Below, piece by piece: positions 62,180 through 64,000 of a stretch of 64,000 nucleotides of DNA. The notes under the pieces are model-generated. The model searched no databases. It had not been told where the DNA came from and saw nothing but the letters and a program-made list of their open reading frames with translations. Within the stretch, counting starts at the first letter, position 1. Each line of letters opens with the position of its first letter. The DNA is from an uncultured Bacillota bacterium (lineage in GTDB: Bacteria; Bacillota; DTU025; MWDF01). The position numbers were made by a program, and so were the translations under genes. The stretch covers positions 1-64,000 of the forward strand of contig CAWGMK010000004.1 of the NCBI GenBank assembly GCA_963823655.1, written 5' to 3'.

Positions 62180-64000
62180 ATGAGCAGAACAGTCGGAATC
62201 GACCTTGGTACAACAAACTCGGTAATAGCGGTAATGGAGGGCGGAACGCCCCAGGTTATAGTGAACACGGAAGGCACGCGCACGACGCCGTCTGTAGTGG
62301 CGTTCACAAAGAACAATGAGAGGCTCGTCGGCCAGCTGGCAAGGCGCCAGGCCGTATTGAACCCGGAGAACACCGTCTCATCGATCAAGAGATTCATGGG
62401 AAGGCGCTTCGACGAGGTCAGCTCCGAGCGCCGCAACATGGCATACAGCGTAGTGGCAGGCTCAAACGGTGAGGCTAGGGTAGACATACCGATAACAGGC
62501 AAGACTTTCTCCCCCGAGGAAGTATCCGCCATGATACTTGGCAAGCTCAAGGCTGATGCGGAGAAGTACCTCGGCGAGAAGATAACAAAGGCCGTCATCA
62601 CGGTGCCAGCCTATTTCAACGACTCGCAGAGGCAGGCCACAAAGGACGCAGGAAGGATCGCAGGCCTTGAAGTGCTCAGGATAATCAATGAGCCCACGGC
62701 GGCGTCGCTTGCCTATGGCATGGACAAGAAGGCCAATGAGACCATACTGGTATTCGACCTGGGCGGCGGCACTTTCGACGTCTCCGTACTTGAAGTCGGC
62801 GACGGCGTATTCGAAGTCAAGGCTACCAACGGCGACACACACTTAGGCGGCGACGACTACGACAGAAGAATCGTAGACTTCCTCGCCGACGAGTTCAAGA
62901 AGGCGAACGGCGTGGACCTCAGGTCCGACAGGCAGTCGCACCAGAGGCTAATCGAGGCGGCCGAGAAGGCGAAGATCGAGCTCTCACAGGTATTCGAGGC
63001 CTCCATCAGCCTGCCGTTCATAACAGCCACCGCGTCCGGCCCCCTGCACCTGGATACCAAGCTTACCAGGGCGAGGTTCGAGGAGATGACAAGGGATCTG
63101 ACCGACCGCTGCGTAGGACCGTTCAAGCAGGCCCTGACCGACGCGAAGCTTACCCCCTCCGACCTTGATGAGGTAATCCTGGTGGGCGGATCCACAAGGA
63201 TGCCGGTTATTCAGGAGCTGGTAAAGAAGCTAACGGGCAAGGAGCCTCACCGCGGAGTGAACCCTGACGAAGTAGTCGCAGTAGGCGCCGCAATCCAGGC
63301 GGGCGTGCTGGCAGGCGAGGTCAAGGATGTAGTCCTTCTCGATGTCACCCCCCTATCCCTTGGAATCGAGACGCTTGGCGGCATCAACACGAAGCTCATC
63401 GACCGCAATACTACTATACCTACAAGGAAGAGCCAGGTGTTCTCAACGGCGGCGGACGGCCAGACCACAGTCGACATAGTCGTGCTGCAAGGAGAGCGCG
63501 AGTTCTCCAAGGACAACAAGAGCCTGGGCCGCTTCCAGCTCTCCGGCATACCTCCGGCGCCGAGGGGAGTCCCTCAGATCGAGGTTACCTTCGACATAGA
63601 CGCCAACGGCATTGTAAACGTCAATGCCAAGGACAAGGGCACCGGCAAGGAGCAGAGCATAACGATTACGGCAAGCACGCAGCTTTCCAAGGACGAGGTT
63701 GAGCGCCTCGTGCAGGACGCAAAGCGCGCCGAGTCCGAGGATAAGGTAAAGCGCGAGCAGATAGAGCTCAAAAACCAGGCTGACCAGCTGGTCTACCAGG
63801 TGGAGAAGTCCCTGAAGGACACCGAGGGCAAGCTGTCCGCCGACGAGAAGGCCAAGGTCGAAGCCGAGATCGCAAGCCTGAAAGAGGCCATAAAGAACGA
63901 CGACTACGAGTCCTTGAAGCAGAAGATGGATGCGCTCCAGCAGGCCTCCTACAAGGTCTATGAGGAGATGTACAAGAAGTCTCAGCCCCAGGAGGGCGCA
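62180..64000 (+). CDS. dnaK: Chaperone DnaK (runs off window end)
   Basis: [51 protein letters not shown]. Confidence 0.98.
   Translation, partial: MSRTVGIDLGTTNSVIAVMEGGTPQVIVNTEGTRTTPSVVAFTKNNERLVGQLARRQAVLNPENTVSSIKRFMGRRFDEVSSERRNMAYSVVAGSNGEARVDIPITGKTFSPEEVSAMILGKLKADAEKYLGEKITKAVITVPAYFNDSQRQATKDAGRIAGLEVLRIINEPTAASLAYGMDKKANETILVFDLGGGTFDVSVLEVGDGVFEVKATNGDTHLGGDDYDRRIVDFLADEFKKANGVDLRSDRQSHQRLIEAAEKAKIELSQVFEASISLPFITATASGPLHLDTKLTRARFEEMTRDLTDRCVGPFKQALTDAKLTPSDLDEVILVGGSTRMPVIQELVKKLTGKEPHRGVNPDEVVAVGAAIQAGVLAGEVKDVVLLDVTPLSLGIETLGGINTKLIDRNTTIPTRKSQVFSTAADGQTTVDIVVLQGEREFSKDNKSLGRFQLSGIPPAPRGVPQIEVTFDIDANGIVNVNAKDKGTGKEQSITITASTQLSKDEVERLVQDAKRAESEDKVKREQIELKNQADQLVYQVEKSLKDTEGKLSADEKAKVEAEIASLKEAIKNDDYESLKQKMDALQQASYKVYEEMYKKSQPQEGA

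Overview
64 kb chromosomal segment of a moderately GC-rich, probably anaerobic Bacillota (Firmicutes) genome. Markers are a T-box, CIRCE/HrcA, SCIFF, comEA/comEC and class II RNR, plus an apparent outer-membrane beta-barrel gene hinting at a diderm lineage. Many conserved genes are split by 1-nt indels, most likely uncorrected long-read errors. The backbone is housekeeping: trxA, hrcA-dnaJ-prmA-rsmE, lepA-hemW, rpsT, holA, comEA/EC, leuS, obgE-nadD-yqeK-rsfS, three M42 peptidases, oppD/F-type ATPases, pncB, coaE, polA, nrdJ, ggt, a MacAB-like exporter and dnaK, with two tRNAs. No transposase, integrase, prophage or CRISPR array was seen. Most notable: (1) a complete tRNA-Ala(GGC) lying inside the leucine T-box riboswitch of leuS, between stem II and the antiterminator; (2) an unassigned RiPP cassette (LuxR-type regulator, 33-aa precursor, RRE-radical SAM/SPASM maturase, CPBP protease) directly after scfA-scfB; (3) a chromosomal operon of a divergent tgt, an ArmA/Rmt-type 16S m7G1405 methyltransferase and rsmI; (4) a split heat-shock system (CIRCE-hrcA-dnaJ without grpE/dnaK, and an HspR-like gene upstream of dnaK); (5) a candidate ECF-driven anti-Shine-Dalgarno sRNA.
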